Assembly (NCBI GenBank): GCA_902788485.1
Contig: CADAKI010000001.1
Coordinates: 27,927 to 91,926 of the forward strand
DNA: 64,000 nt
DNA from: an uncultured Pseudomonadota bacterium
GTDB lineage: Bacteria; Pseudomonadota; Alphaproteobacteria; Rs-D84
Direction: 5' to 3'
Below, piece by piece: positions 19,558-27,924 of this stretch. The notes below the pieces were generated by a model that worked only from the letters and a program-made list of their open reading frames with translations, searched no databases and had not been told where the DNA came from. Made by a program: the position numbers and the translations under genes. The stretch's first letter is position 1. Each line of letters opens with the position of its first letter.

Positions 19558-19992
19558 ATGAACATAGACGAATTTTTATCAAACATAAAAACAAAAGGCG
19601 CACTTGTATGGGGGCCATCAAACGCCCGCGCCATTGAATTTGCAAATTCAAATCTGCAACAAAAAAAATGCGCAATGTTGCCAAATCAGATTATCAGTTT
19701 ATACATGAAAACCGCCGGAATAAACCTGGGTACCGGATACATGTTTGGCCCAAGCGAATTACAAAACGGCGCCAACTTTCCGATACCATCTATTGTACAA
19801 ATCAATGAAGAATTACGCAATATACCGGCATTAAAAAACAAGACATTATTTGCAAGAAATGATTTATTTTGGTTTGCATTTGATGCATTTGGCACATATT
19901 ACATGCTAAATAATTTGAACGGCAATATTTTACGACAATACGACGACGCATACCGCGCATTATACGATTGCATGATGGGAGGAAAATTATAA
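19558..19992 (+). CDS. SUKH (SMI1/KNR4)-like protein, tentative immunity-type protein
   Basis: 144 aa, 2 nt after the previous stop. AIEFANSNLQQKKCAMLPNQIISLYMKTAGINLG fits the SMI1_KNR4 N-terminal signature (ieele..lg..LP..Y..fl...nGg). LFWFAFDAFGTYYMLNNLNGNI fits the central a.d..G..y.ld segment. Confidence 0.4.
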   Translation: MNIDEFLSNIKTKGALVWGPSNARAIEFANSNLQQKKCAMLPNQIISLYMKTAGINLGTGYMFGPSELQNGANFPIPSIVQINEELRNIPALKNKTLFARNDLFWFAFDAFGTYYMLNNLNGNILRQYDDAYRALYDCMMGGKL

Positions 19993-20196
19993 ATGAAAAA
20001 GTTATCTGTATCTTTATCCGGTCACCAAACCAGTATATCACTAGAACCAGAATTTATCGCAGAATTACAGCACATAGCGCGATTTCAAAACAAATCTATT
20101 GCTTCCATAATATCTGATATAGACCAAGCACGCGCACCCAACACAAACCTGTCATCGGCAATACGCGTTTGGATATTAAAAACCGTTCATAAATAA
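19993..20196 (+). CDS. Ribbon-helix-helix (RHH_4 family) protein
   Basis: 67 aa. KKLSVSLSGHQTSISLEPEFIAELQHIARFQNKSIASIISDID matches the RHH_4 consensus (SLSGHxTSxSLEPxFW..L..IA...g.S...LI..ID). Starts immediately after the previous stop. Confidence 0.55.
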   Translation: MKKLSVSLSGHQTSISLEPEFIAELQHIARFQNKSIASIISDIDQARAPNTNLSSAIRVWILKTVHK

Positions 20197-20204
20197 TTTT
20201 TTGA

Positions 20205-22136
20205 TTATTCTTTATCCGCCCTATATGCAATAAATCCGGCAAAAAACGCAATCAAGAAAATTATAAACATCCACGCATCACGTCCCAACATACGATACAG
20301 TGTCATATGCGCACCACGAACCGTTCCATCCAGCACACCAATTTCACCCACCGGTAATTGCGATATAATCGCACCATCGGCGCCGACAAACGCACTGATA
20401 CCGGAATAATTCGCGCGTATAACCGGCACACCCGATTCTATGGCGGCACGACGCACCATATCCAGGTGTTGATATGTCCCCGGCGTTTTTCCAAACCAAG
20501 TATCATTTGTAATATTAATAATCGCGTCAACACCCGACTGTTTTACAACAGCATCAGAAAAAATAATTTCATAACATACCGCCGGCGCAAAAACAAAATC
20601 ACGCCCTGCCTTGCCATCTATGGACAACAATCGTGCACCATCGCCAGCCGTTAAATTTGCCGGTGCAGGCACAAATTTAATCGGTCCATATTCACCAAAT
20701 GGAACCAAATGCGATTTATGATACACATCCGATATCGCACCATCCGCACCCGCCACAACCAAAGAATTAAACACATTACCCGCATCATAAAATGTCGCAC
20801 CAACCGCCACATTTTTATTTAATTCCAACGCCATTGGCAAAACATCATCGCGCAACAACACAAACGGATACGATGTTTCCGGATACACAACAAAATCAAT
20901 ATTTGATACATCACCCGCCAATTCCGTTAAATATTGAACTCTATTTTTTGCCTGATTCAATGCATCCACACGCGATAAAGAAATCTTTTTTTGTTGCGTT
21001 GTTGCGGGCTGAACAATTCGCACATTGATATTACCATCACCCAAACCAGACAATTTTATATTATTATATCCACCAATAATTCCACCCAAACCCAACAACA
21101 CAAAAAACAATATTACCCAACGCAGAACACGATTTTGTCGATTACAAAAATACTGTGCCACAGAGGCAGTTAAACCAATAATAACAAAAGTCAACCCCAA
21201 CGCACCAAACACCGACATAGAATTTGCGATAACCGGATACGGCAACATAATATTCGCGATTGGATTCCACGGAAACCCGGTAAACAACCATTCACGCAAC
21301 CACAAAACAGATGTCCAGGCACCTGCAAACAAAATCGGTTTTGCCCCAGATTTTATGTATATACACGATGTCAATACAAACGGAATTGTAAATATGACTG
21401 CACCGACAATACCGATACCAATCAACCCCGGCACCGTCCATATTGCAAATTGACGCGCCAATTCTGGCACAACATAAATAGAATGCAACGTCCACCAAAA
21501 CATCGATATTGCATACATCGCCCCAAATGGCACCGCACGCCACCACGCACGCCAAAAACCAATTCGTTCCACCCCGGAACACAACAACCAATACGCGGCA
21601 CCGATTGATAATATCGCCAACCACCACAAATTAAACGGTGCAAAACCAAACGCCGCAACACCACCAAACAATGCCCCCAGCGCATATTTCCACCACGGAA
21701 AAGCAACCTCGTCTGCATATGGATTTTTTATCCCCAGTTTTTTTAAAACCTTAATCTCTTTACCTTCCATTACGCGCGCATCTTTATCGGTCAAATGGTC
21801 ATACCCCAACAAATGAAACATACCATGCACAACCATATGTGTGGTATGTTCCGCCACAGAAATATTTGCATCTGCCGCCTGGGCCGCGACCGTATCCAAC
21901 GATATATAAATATCACCCAACAAAATATCGTCATCCAATTCGAACGATAAAACATTTGTCGGTTTATCAATATTGCGATACATCTTGTTCAACGCATGAA
22001 TTTCGTCATCATTGGTCAAGATAATTGAAACCTCGGCATCAGACAATTTTTTACCAACGACCATATTTGCGATTTTTTCAAAATCGATATTATATTTTTT
22101 CCACCGTTTATCGTTATAATTCACACACACTTTCAT
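20205..22136 (-). CDS. YbeY endoribonuclease fused in-frame to apolipoprotein N-acyltransferase Lnt
   Basis: 643-aa single ORF. Residues 1-143 are YbeY (HTTHMVVHGMFHLLGYDH...LKKLGIKNPYADE). About 144 onward is Lnt: 6-7 TMs, then a CN-hydrolase domain with E (YPETSYPF), K (HKSHLVPFGEY) and C (VCYEIIF). The junction codons AAT CCA TAT GCA GAC GAG GTT GCT TTT CCG TGG TGG have no stop. Confidence 0.8.
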   Translation of the reverse strand: MKVCVNYNDKRWKKYNIDFEKIANMVVGKKLSDAEVSIILTNDDEIHALNKMYRNIDKPTNVLSFELDDDILLGDIYISLDTVAAQAADANISVAEHTTHMVVHGMFHLLGYDHLTDKDARVMEGKEIKVLKKLGIKNPYADEVAFPWWKYALGALFGGVAAFGFAPFNLWWLAILSIGAAYWLLCSGVERIGFWRAWWRAVPFGAMYAISMFWWTLHSIYVVPELARQFAIWTVPGLIGIGIVGAVIFTIPFVLTSCIYIKSGAKPILFAGAWTSVLWLREWLFTGFPWNPIANIMLPYPVIANSMSVFGALGLTFVIIGLTASVAQYFCNRQNRVLRWVILFFVLLGLGGIIGGYNNIKLSGLGDGNINVRIVQPATTQQKKISLSRVDALNQAKNRVQYLTELAGDVSNIDFVVYPETSYPFVLLRDDVLPMALELNKNVAVGATFYDAGNVFNSLVVAGADGAISDVYHKSHLVPFGEYGPIKFVPAPANLTAGDGARLLSIDGKAGRDFVFAPAVCYEIIFSDAVVKQSGVDAIINITNDTWFGKTPGTYQHLDMVRRAAIESGVPVIRANYSGISAFVGADGAIISQLPVGEIGVLDGTVRGAHMTLYRMLGRDAWMFIIFLIAFFAGFIAYRADKE

Positions 22137-22154
22137 GTTTACATACCCTAAAAT

Positions 22155-23963
22155 TTAATCTTTATTTCGTCCAAACAAACTTTTAGCAAACCTAGATGTT
22201 TTTGTATTTTTTTGTTGAACCATTTTTGTTGCGTTTTGTAATATTTCGCGCCCACGATTATTCAATTTATTCAATCTTGATTGTGCCACAGCATTTCCTA
22301 ATTGGACTGCTTTTTTATAACTCTTTTTTGCCTTGGCAAATTTACCCATATTTTCATACGCCAACCCCATATTAAAATAAGATGCAGACATCGTTTCATT
22401 ATCACCAATTTCCACCGCCCGTTCAGACATCTCAACAGATTTTTCATAATCACCATAATGGATATACGTAATTGCCAAATCATTAAACAAACTAGGACTG
22501 ACACCTTCTAATTCTATAACCTTGTTAAATCCAGCCAATGCAGAATCCCATTTTTCTTGCTTATAATCCACCAATGCGGCCTCGTAAATTTTTTGACGAC
22601 GATTGGCACCATACAAAAACAAATCCACATCCGCACAATACGCAAATACATCATCGCGATATTTATCAGATTTTTGAACAACCTGGCACACGGTCATACC
22701 ATTTGCCACAACACCATTACAAATAACACTTTTCGCACGTTTCAAAGTAGATTTAGAAAAATCATGTTTCAACTTATCAAAATAGTTATTTGCATACGAC
22801 ACCGCCCCAGATCGCTTGCAATCAATTTGAACACCAAACATGTCATTACAATAATTATCAATATCCAACAACAGCAATATTTCATGCACACGGCGCGCTT
22901 TCAACCCTGGAAAATTTTTCAACCGTTTTACATCGACATCGTCATCAACATTTAATAAATATTTTGCCCACGCCGTTCTGCTATTTGGGTGCGCAACAAT
23001 ATATTCACAAAATTTCTTGCAACACTGTGGTGAATTAAATAATACAGACGCAATCACCGTTAAATCACGCGGGGTCAATTCGATATTTGTTTCCGCCAAA
23101 ACATCACACATATATTTATTAAACGCGCGCCCACCATCCATATAAAAAAACCAACCTGCGATTCCATCATAAACCTCGTTATCGGTTAACGGACGCGGCA
23201 CACCCGATTTCGTTTTGGGATATTTTTTATACATAACGGACGCCTTGGCCCACGATGTTGATGTAAAATCGTACGGATGTTTGGCATCTGGCACATAATA
23301 TAAACCAACAGCCAATGTATTTTTATCGCCATTTATATAATCACAAAACCAATCCGTTCTGTAATTTTCGGTTGAAAACAAAACCGCCTGGGTGTATGCA
23401 AAATTATCCATCACCGCCTGCTTTACAGATTTCCTGTCGGTCATTTTTATTTTTTTACCCAGATTATTTTTGATTTGTTTTCTTTTATCCACAACATCAA
23501 AAGACACTGTATTACCATCTGCAACTGGGCGTGATTTTATATTCACCTGTTGTTGCCGACCGGTTGATATAATATCCTTATCAGATTTTTTATTACCAAC
23601 AATCGCCGACCCGCCACCAATCAGCATTCCCAACATCGCCCACCAAATTGCAACCGCCGACATATTTGGATTTCGTTTTACAAAAGATTGAAATTTTTTT
23701 TCATTACCGTCTTTGTCACGACCAACCTGGATTTCAGATAATTTTTTTTCTAACCGTCGCATCAGTTTATTATCCAATGCCACAACACGCCCAATTTGCA
23801 TCATAAACTCTGTCAGTCCCATACCGACCAACGCCGAACCCTTTAAAATCTTTTTTGTTTTCGTTGGCGCATCCATATCGGCAACATGTTTTATTTTTTC
23901 GTGTACAAATTTAATTGGCTTTTTAACCGCATTACGATATTTTTCTGCCATAATTTCCCCCAT
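22155..23963 (-). CDS. Large membrane-anchored protein with C-terminal TPR repeats (hypothetical)
   Basis: 602 aa. One TM (MSAVAIWWAMLGMLIGGGSAIV), a central ~350-aa Cys-rich domain of unknown family, and at least two C-terminal TPR-like repeats (WDSALAGFNKVIELEG...; YFNMGLAYENMGKFAKAKKSYKKAVQLGN). Confidence 0.5.
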   Translation of the reverse strand: MGEIMAEKYRNAVKKPIKFVHEKIKHVADMDAPTKTKKILKGSALVGMGLTEFMMQIGRVVALDNKLMRRLEKKLSEIQVGRDKDGNEKKFQSFVKRNPNMSAVAIWWAMLGMLIGGGSAIVGNKKSDKDIISTGRQQQVNIKSRPVADGNTVSFDVVDKRKQIKNNLGKKIKMTDRKSVKQAVMDNFAYTQAVLFSTENYRTDWFCDYINGDKNTLAVGLYYVPDAKHPYDFTSTSWAKASVMYKKYPKTKSGVPRPLTDNEVYDGIAGWFFYMDGGRAFNKYMCDVLAETNIELTPRDLTVIASVLFNSPQCCKKFCEYIVAHPNSRTAWAKYLLNVDDDVDVKRLKNFPGLKARRVHEILLLLDIDNYCNDMFGVQIDCKRSGAVSYANNYFDKLKHDFSKSTLKRAKSVICNGVVANGMTVCQVVQKSDKYRDDVFAYCADVDLFLYGANRRQKIYEAALVDYKQEKWDSALAGFNKVIELEGVSPSLFNDLAITYIHYGDYEKSVEMSERAVEIGDNETMSASYFNMGLAYENMGKFAKAKKSYKKAVQLGNAVAQSRLNKLNNRGREILQNATKMVQQKNTKTSRFAKSLFGRNKD

Positions 23964-23966
23964 AAA

Positions 23967-24332
23967 TTATTTATGTCCCAACCCAGATTTTTTTGCGATT
24001 TTCGACCGCACACGTGCATAGTTCGGCGCAACAAACGGATAATCATCCGGCAAGCCCCATTTTGCACAATATTGTGCCGGCGTCATATTAAAACGCCGTT
24101 TTATATACCGTCGCAACATCACATGCCATGTACCATCTTCTAAACATTGAATTTTATCTGGCCGCACAGAATCCGCGATTTGTTGGGGCGACACAGATGT
24201 TCCACGCAAAGTTGCCCGCGCGGCATTTACCGCATCCGTCATTGATAAATTCGGATTATTCGCCATTGCCGCCGCCGCTAGATTCGCAACCGCCAATGTC
24301 CACTCACTATCATTTTTTATACTATTTACCAT
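23967..24332 (-). CDS. mucR: MucR/Ros-family transcriptional regulator, zinc-ligand-deficient variant
   Basis: 121 aa. KIQCLEDGTWHVMLRRYIKRRFNMTPAQYCAKWGLPDDYPFVAPNYARVRSKIAKKSGLG aligns with Ros/MucR [50 protein letters not shown]. Only the first of the C2H2 ligands is kept (C, then D, Y, R). Confidence 0.8.
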   Translation of the reverse strand: MVNSIKNDSEWTLAVANLAAAAMANNPNLSMTDAVNAARATLRGTSVSPQQIADSVRPDKIQCLEDGTWHVMLRRYIKRRFNMTPAQYCAKWGLPDDYPFVAPNYARVRSKIAKKSGLGHK

Positions 24333-24406
24333 TTGCCAAAAAACCTTTTATTTACTACAATTATACCACAAATAAATAACAAGTAAAATTAAAGTAAAAT
24401 AAAACA

Positions 24407-25684
24407 ATGAAAAACGAAACACGCCCTTTGGCCGACCAAATGCGCCCTGAAACGATTGATGAAATCGTTGGGCAATCAAATTTATTGGGCGAAAATGGAA
24501 TTATTCGTCGCATGGTTGATAATCAAAAACTATCAAACATAATCCTGTGGGGGCCACCGGGGTGCGGCAAAACAACAATCGCCCGCGCATTGGCACATAC
24601 CGTTGACATGGACTTTGTTCCGATGTCCGCCGTATTTTCCGGCTCATCCGACATAAAAAAAGCAATGGATGCCGCCCGCATGAATCGCGACATTGGCCGT
24701 GGGACACTGTTATTCATCGACGAAATTCACCGGTTTAACAAAACCCAACAGGATACATTATTACCATACTTGGAAGACGGTACGGTTGTATTCATCGGCG
24801 CAACCACCGAAAACCCCAGTTTTAATTTAAATAACGCGTTGCTGTCCCGTTGCCACATTGGCGTTTTGTCGGCATTGGGCACGGACGATTTAATGGTTTT
24901 AATCGAACGCGCTGAAAAATTTTTAGGCAAAAAATTACCATTGACCCGCGACGCAAAAATCCATCTGGCACAAATGGCGGACGGCGATGCACGATTTTTA
25001 TTAAACACCATTGAATATATCAGTAACGCAAATTTCAAAGTCGACCTGGACAACGACGCATTGGACAATGCAATACAAAAGCGTCCACCATTGTCGGACA
25101 AAACCGGTGACGAACATTATAATTTGATATCTGCGGTGCATAAATCATTACGCGCATCCGACACCGACGCGGCATTATATTGGGTTGCCCGCATGATGAC
25201 ATCGGGCCAGGACGCAAAATACATTTTCCGCCGCCTTACCCGATTTGCAATGGAGGATATTGGCCTGGCGGACCCGAATGCATTATCTGTCGCAATCGCC
25301 GCATGGAACGCATACGAACGGTTGGGCAGTCCCGAAGGCGACATCGCCCTGACCGAATTAGTTGTGTATTTGGGTACCGCCCCAAAAAGTAATGCATGCG
25401 ACCGCGCAATTCACGCATCATATAAATCTGCGCGTGACACGGGCAGTTTGCCCCCACCAAAAAACATTTTGAACGCCCCAACAAAAATGATGAAAAACAT
25501 GGGATACGGCGCCGGATATATTTATGAACCCGACACCGCATTGGGTTTTTCGGGTCAAAATTGTTTTCCTGAAAAAATGTCGCGCACACGTTTTTATACC
25601 CCTGTCGAACGCGGATTTGAACGCGAAATAAAAAAGCGCATCGAATATTGGGACGGATTACGTGAAAAATTAAACAAAAAATAA
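24407..25684 (+). CDS. rarA: Replication-associated recombination protein A (AAA+ ATPase RarA/MgsA)
   Basis: 425 aa. Walker A GPPGCGKTT, Walker B LFIDEIHRFNK, sensor region, and the RarA C-terminal MgsA domain. Confidence 0.9.
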   Translation: MKNETRPLADQMRPETIDEIVGQSNLLGENGIIRRMVDNQKLSNIILWGPPGCGKTTIARALAHTVDMDFVPMSAVFSGSSDIKKAMDAARMNRDIGRGTLLFIDEIHRFNKTQQDTLLPYLEDGTVVFIGATTENPSFNLNNALLSRCHIGVLSALGTDDLMVLIERAEKFLGKKLPLTRDAKIHLAQMADGDARFLLNTIEYISNANFKVDLDNDALDNAIQKRPPLSDKTGDEHYNLISAVHKSLRASDTDAALYWVARMMTSGQDAKYIFRRLTRFAMEDIGLADPNALSVAIAAWNAYERLGSPEGDIALTELVVYLGTAPKSNACDRAIHASYKSARDTGSLPPPKNILNAPTKMMKNMGYGAGYIYEPDTALGFSGQNCFPEKMSRTRFYTPVERGFEREIKKRIEYWDGLREKLNKK

Positions 25685-25685
25685 A

Positions 25686-25710
25686 AAGTGCCAAATGGCA
25701 CTTTTTTTTA
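25686..25710. terminator. Bidirectional rho-independent terminator
   Basis: agtgcca-aa-tggcact hairpin flanked by AAAAA and TTTTTTTT, between convergent rarA and an OMP gene. Confidence 0.55.
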
Positions 25711-26433
25711 AAACAAAATGTTCAAATACAATCCAACGGTTGATTCTGACTTTTCCCACTCGTACGCGTATGTTGCGCCATATTGCGTGCGACCAAATTG
25801 TTTAATCAATTTCAATTTCAACCATTCGCGGTCAAAATCATCATTTGTTGCAACACGTGCGGTAAATTCCGCCCCGGCGCGCCAACCTTCAATCATGCGG
25901 AAATAAACTTCCGGAGTAAAATCGATATACGACATACCACGCGCGTCATCAAACACCCATGTTGATTTAACCGTTCCGGCCAAAGTCACACCCGCCCATT
26001 GGCGTCCCACACGCAGTCCGGCAAAATAACTGGATTTTGCAAAGTCAGGTTCACGCACATGACGATTTCCGGCAAATCGCGCACCAAACAAAACATCCGT
26101 TGACACATGCGCCGAATTATCATCCGCCAGTCCCGCGCGATATATACCCCCCAATTCAATACTGGAAAAACCGCGTTCTTTGCGTGCACGCACAAAATCA
26201 AATTGATAATGCACATTTGCATTTGCCATCAACCGATTATTCAGACCATACGAAAACGATTGTCCCAAACGCAATAAATCATTTCCATATGTCACGTCCG
26301 TCGTTGACAACAAATGTTCAATTTCCGGCATATACAACGGGTCCGATGTATCAACCGATATCATTTCGCCCGCATCTGCATACGCGGCATTGCACATCAA
26401 CACCGCGCCAAACGCACCATATAACCATTTCAT
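25708..26433 (-). CDS. Outer-membrane beta-barrel protein (hypothetical)
   Basis: 241 aa. Signal peptide, alternating amphipathic beta-strand pattern, aromatic-rich, C-terminal ...YLNILF ending in Phe. Confidence 0.5.
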   Translation of the reverse strand: MKWLYGAFGAVLMCNAAYADAGEMISVDTSDPLYMPEIEHLLSTTDVTYGNDLLRLGQSFSYGLNNRLMANANVHYQFDFVRARKERGFSSIELGGIYRAGLADDNSAHVSTDVLFGARFAGNRHVREPDFAKSSYFAGLRVGRQWAGVTLAGTVKSTWVFDDARGMSYIDFTPEVYFRMIEGWRAGAEFTARVATNDDFDREWLKLKLIKQFGRTQYGATYAYEWEKSESTVGLYLNILF

Positions 26434-26452
26434 ACTTTATTACCCCAATGCA

Positions 26453-27610
26453 TTAAAATTGAAATATAACCTGGGCACCCACAGACCACTCGTGCGGACT
26501 TGCAATTTCAACCACAGACGTTGATGCCGCATTCCAATTATCCGCCGTCAGTGGCAAATTACCCCAATACAAATCTAAATTTTTACCTTTGGCACTGTCG
26601 TAAATTGATGTTTTCGCATACAGGTTCAACGCAAACCAATCATTTGGTTGCCAACCGAACGCACCCTTGATTGATGCCTGGTTATGCCAATCATAAAAAC
26701 CATACATACCCTCGACATTTAATGTCCAATCTTCGGCGAGTACGGTCCACACGCCCATGCCCAATTCGCCCATGAACAATGTTTTATCTGCATCACCGTA
26801 TTTCAACATGCCCCACTGCATTAATTCTGGAACTTCCATATAATCGCCATAGATGTCACCTTCCATATCGACAATCCATGCGCGTCCCAAACCATAAATT
26901 GTGGATGTTGCAACCTTGTACCCGACCTTTAAATCACCGATAAAGTAATCAACACCATGTTTTTGATGTTCGTAATATCCGGACAAAGTAGAAATCCAAT
27001 CATTTGTATCAACGATACGACCCTGGATACCCAGGCCATACAAATTCAAATCATCGTTTTTGTATTTATCTTGGTCACCGGTTGAATTTGTCCATGTCAA
27101 TTTATCCCAGTTATATTTTGCCATACCCTGGATTGCGATACGGTCGGTCAGACCAAAACTGATATCTTCTTTGACAGACCATTCAGACAATTTTCTGTTC
27201 ACATCGGCAAATTTATATTTACCCTGCATATATTCAACGGTTGTGACCGAACCAAATTGACCCTGTAATGGTTGATAAAACGGATTTGCCAAGAAATATT
27301 TGCGTTTCGCCGATTTATATGTTTCACCCGGTACATATGTGCGTTTAGATGTCATCACCGGTGCCGGTTTGACATAACCCGATTCCATATTATCATACAT
27401 ACCCGCACGCGACACACCGTGATGCGCCACCGCACGACCATTACCATCAGAATAAGAATCATACGCACTGCGATTTATTTTGATTGTATCACCATCTGCA
27501 TTACGCATATCAATACTGGAATACATTGAACTGCGTGATGATGCCGCCGACGCATCCAACGCCGCAACACATCCCAAAACTGCGCAAATACCAAACAAAT
27601 TTTTTTTCAT
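26453..27610 (-). CDS. Outer-membrane beta-barrel protein (hypothetical)
   Basis: 385 aa. Signal peptide (AVLGCVAALDASA), many Y/W/G-rich amphipathic strands, C-terminal ...GAQVIFQF. Confidence 0.5.
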   Translation of the reverse strand: MKKNLFGICAVLGCVAALDASAASSRSSMYSSIDMRNADGDTIKINRSAYDSYSDGNGRAVAHHGVSRAGMYDNMESGYVKPAPVMTSKRTYVPGETYKSAKRKYFLANPFYQPLQGQFGSVTTVEYMQGKYKFADVNRKLSEWSVKEDISFGLTDRIAIQGMAKYNWDKLTWTNSTGDQDKYKNDDLNLYGLGIQGRIVDTNDWISTLSGYYEHQKHGVDYFIGDLKVGYKVATSTIYGLGRAWIVDMEGDIYGDYMEVPELMQWGMLKYGDADKTLFMGELGMGVWTVLAEDWTLNVEGMYGFYDWHNQASIKGAFGWQPNDWFALNLYAKTSIYDSAKGKNLDLYWGNLPLTADNWNAASTSVVEIASPHEWSVGAQVIFQF

Positions 27611-27780
27611 TTAAAACTCCTTTTCTATCCGGATTATAACACAATTTAATAATCTATAAAAGCCCAAAATTACAATTTTACAAAATGATTAAAATACGCA
27701 AAACCGCACAAATTCTGTTCCGAAGATTATAACGACGAGAAATAAAATAATATTTCCACAACTGAACTCTGTAAACTGTA

Positions 27781-27924
27781 AAAATAGTTATATGTAAAAT
27801 AGTTATAATGGTATAGATGCGCCGTTGTTTGCGAGTGCAGTGTACAAAACGTACATAAACGAGCAAACAACAAGCAGATATGCCATTATAACTATTTTAC
27901 AATATTTGCCGTTTGTTATTTGCG
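27781..27924. repeat. Nested inverted-repeat (MITE-like) element abutting the ftsK stop
   Basis: aaaatagttata at 27781-27792 is repeated directly in aaaatagttataatgg at 27797-27812, which forms a 16-bp inverted repeat with ccattataactatttt at 27883-27898. The 70-nt loop contains inner palindromes (gttgtttgc...gcaaacaac; tgtac-aaaac-gtaca). gccgttgtttgcg at 27820-27832 duplicates the ftsK 3'-terminal gccgtttgttatttgcg at 27908-27924. Confidence 0.5.

Noticed and set aside
22137-22154. Possible separate corC/tlyC gene between the TPR protein and ybeY
   Set aside because: Only 18 nt separate the two ORFs. No CBS/CorC-type ORF is present on either strand.
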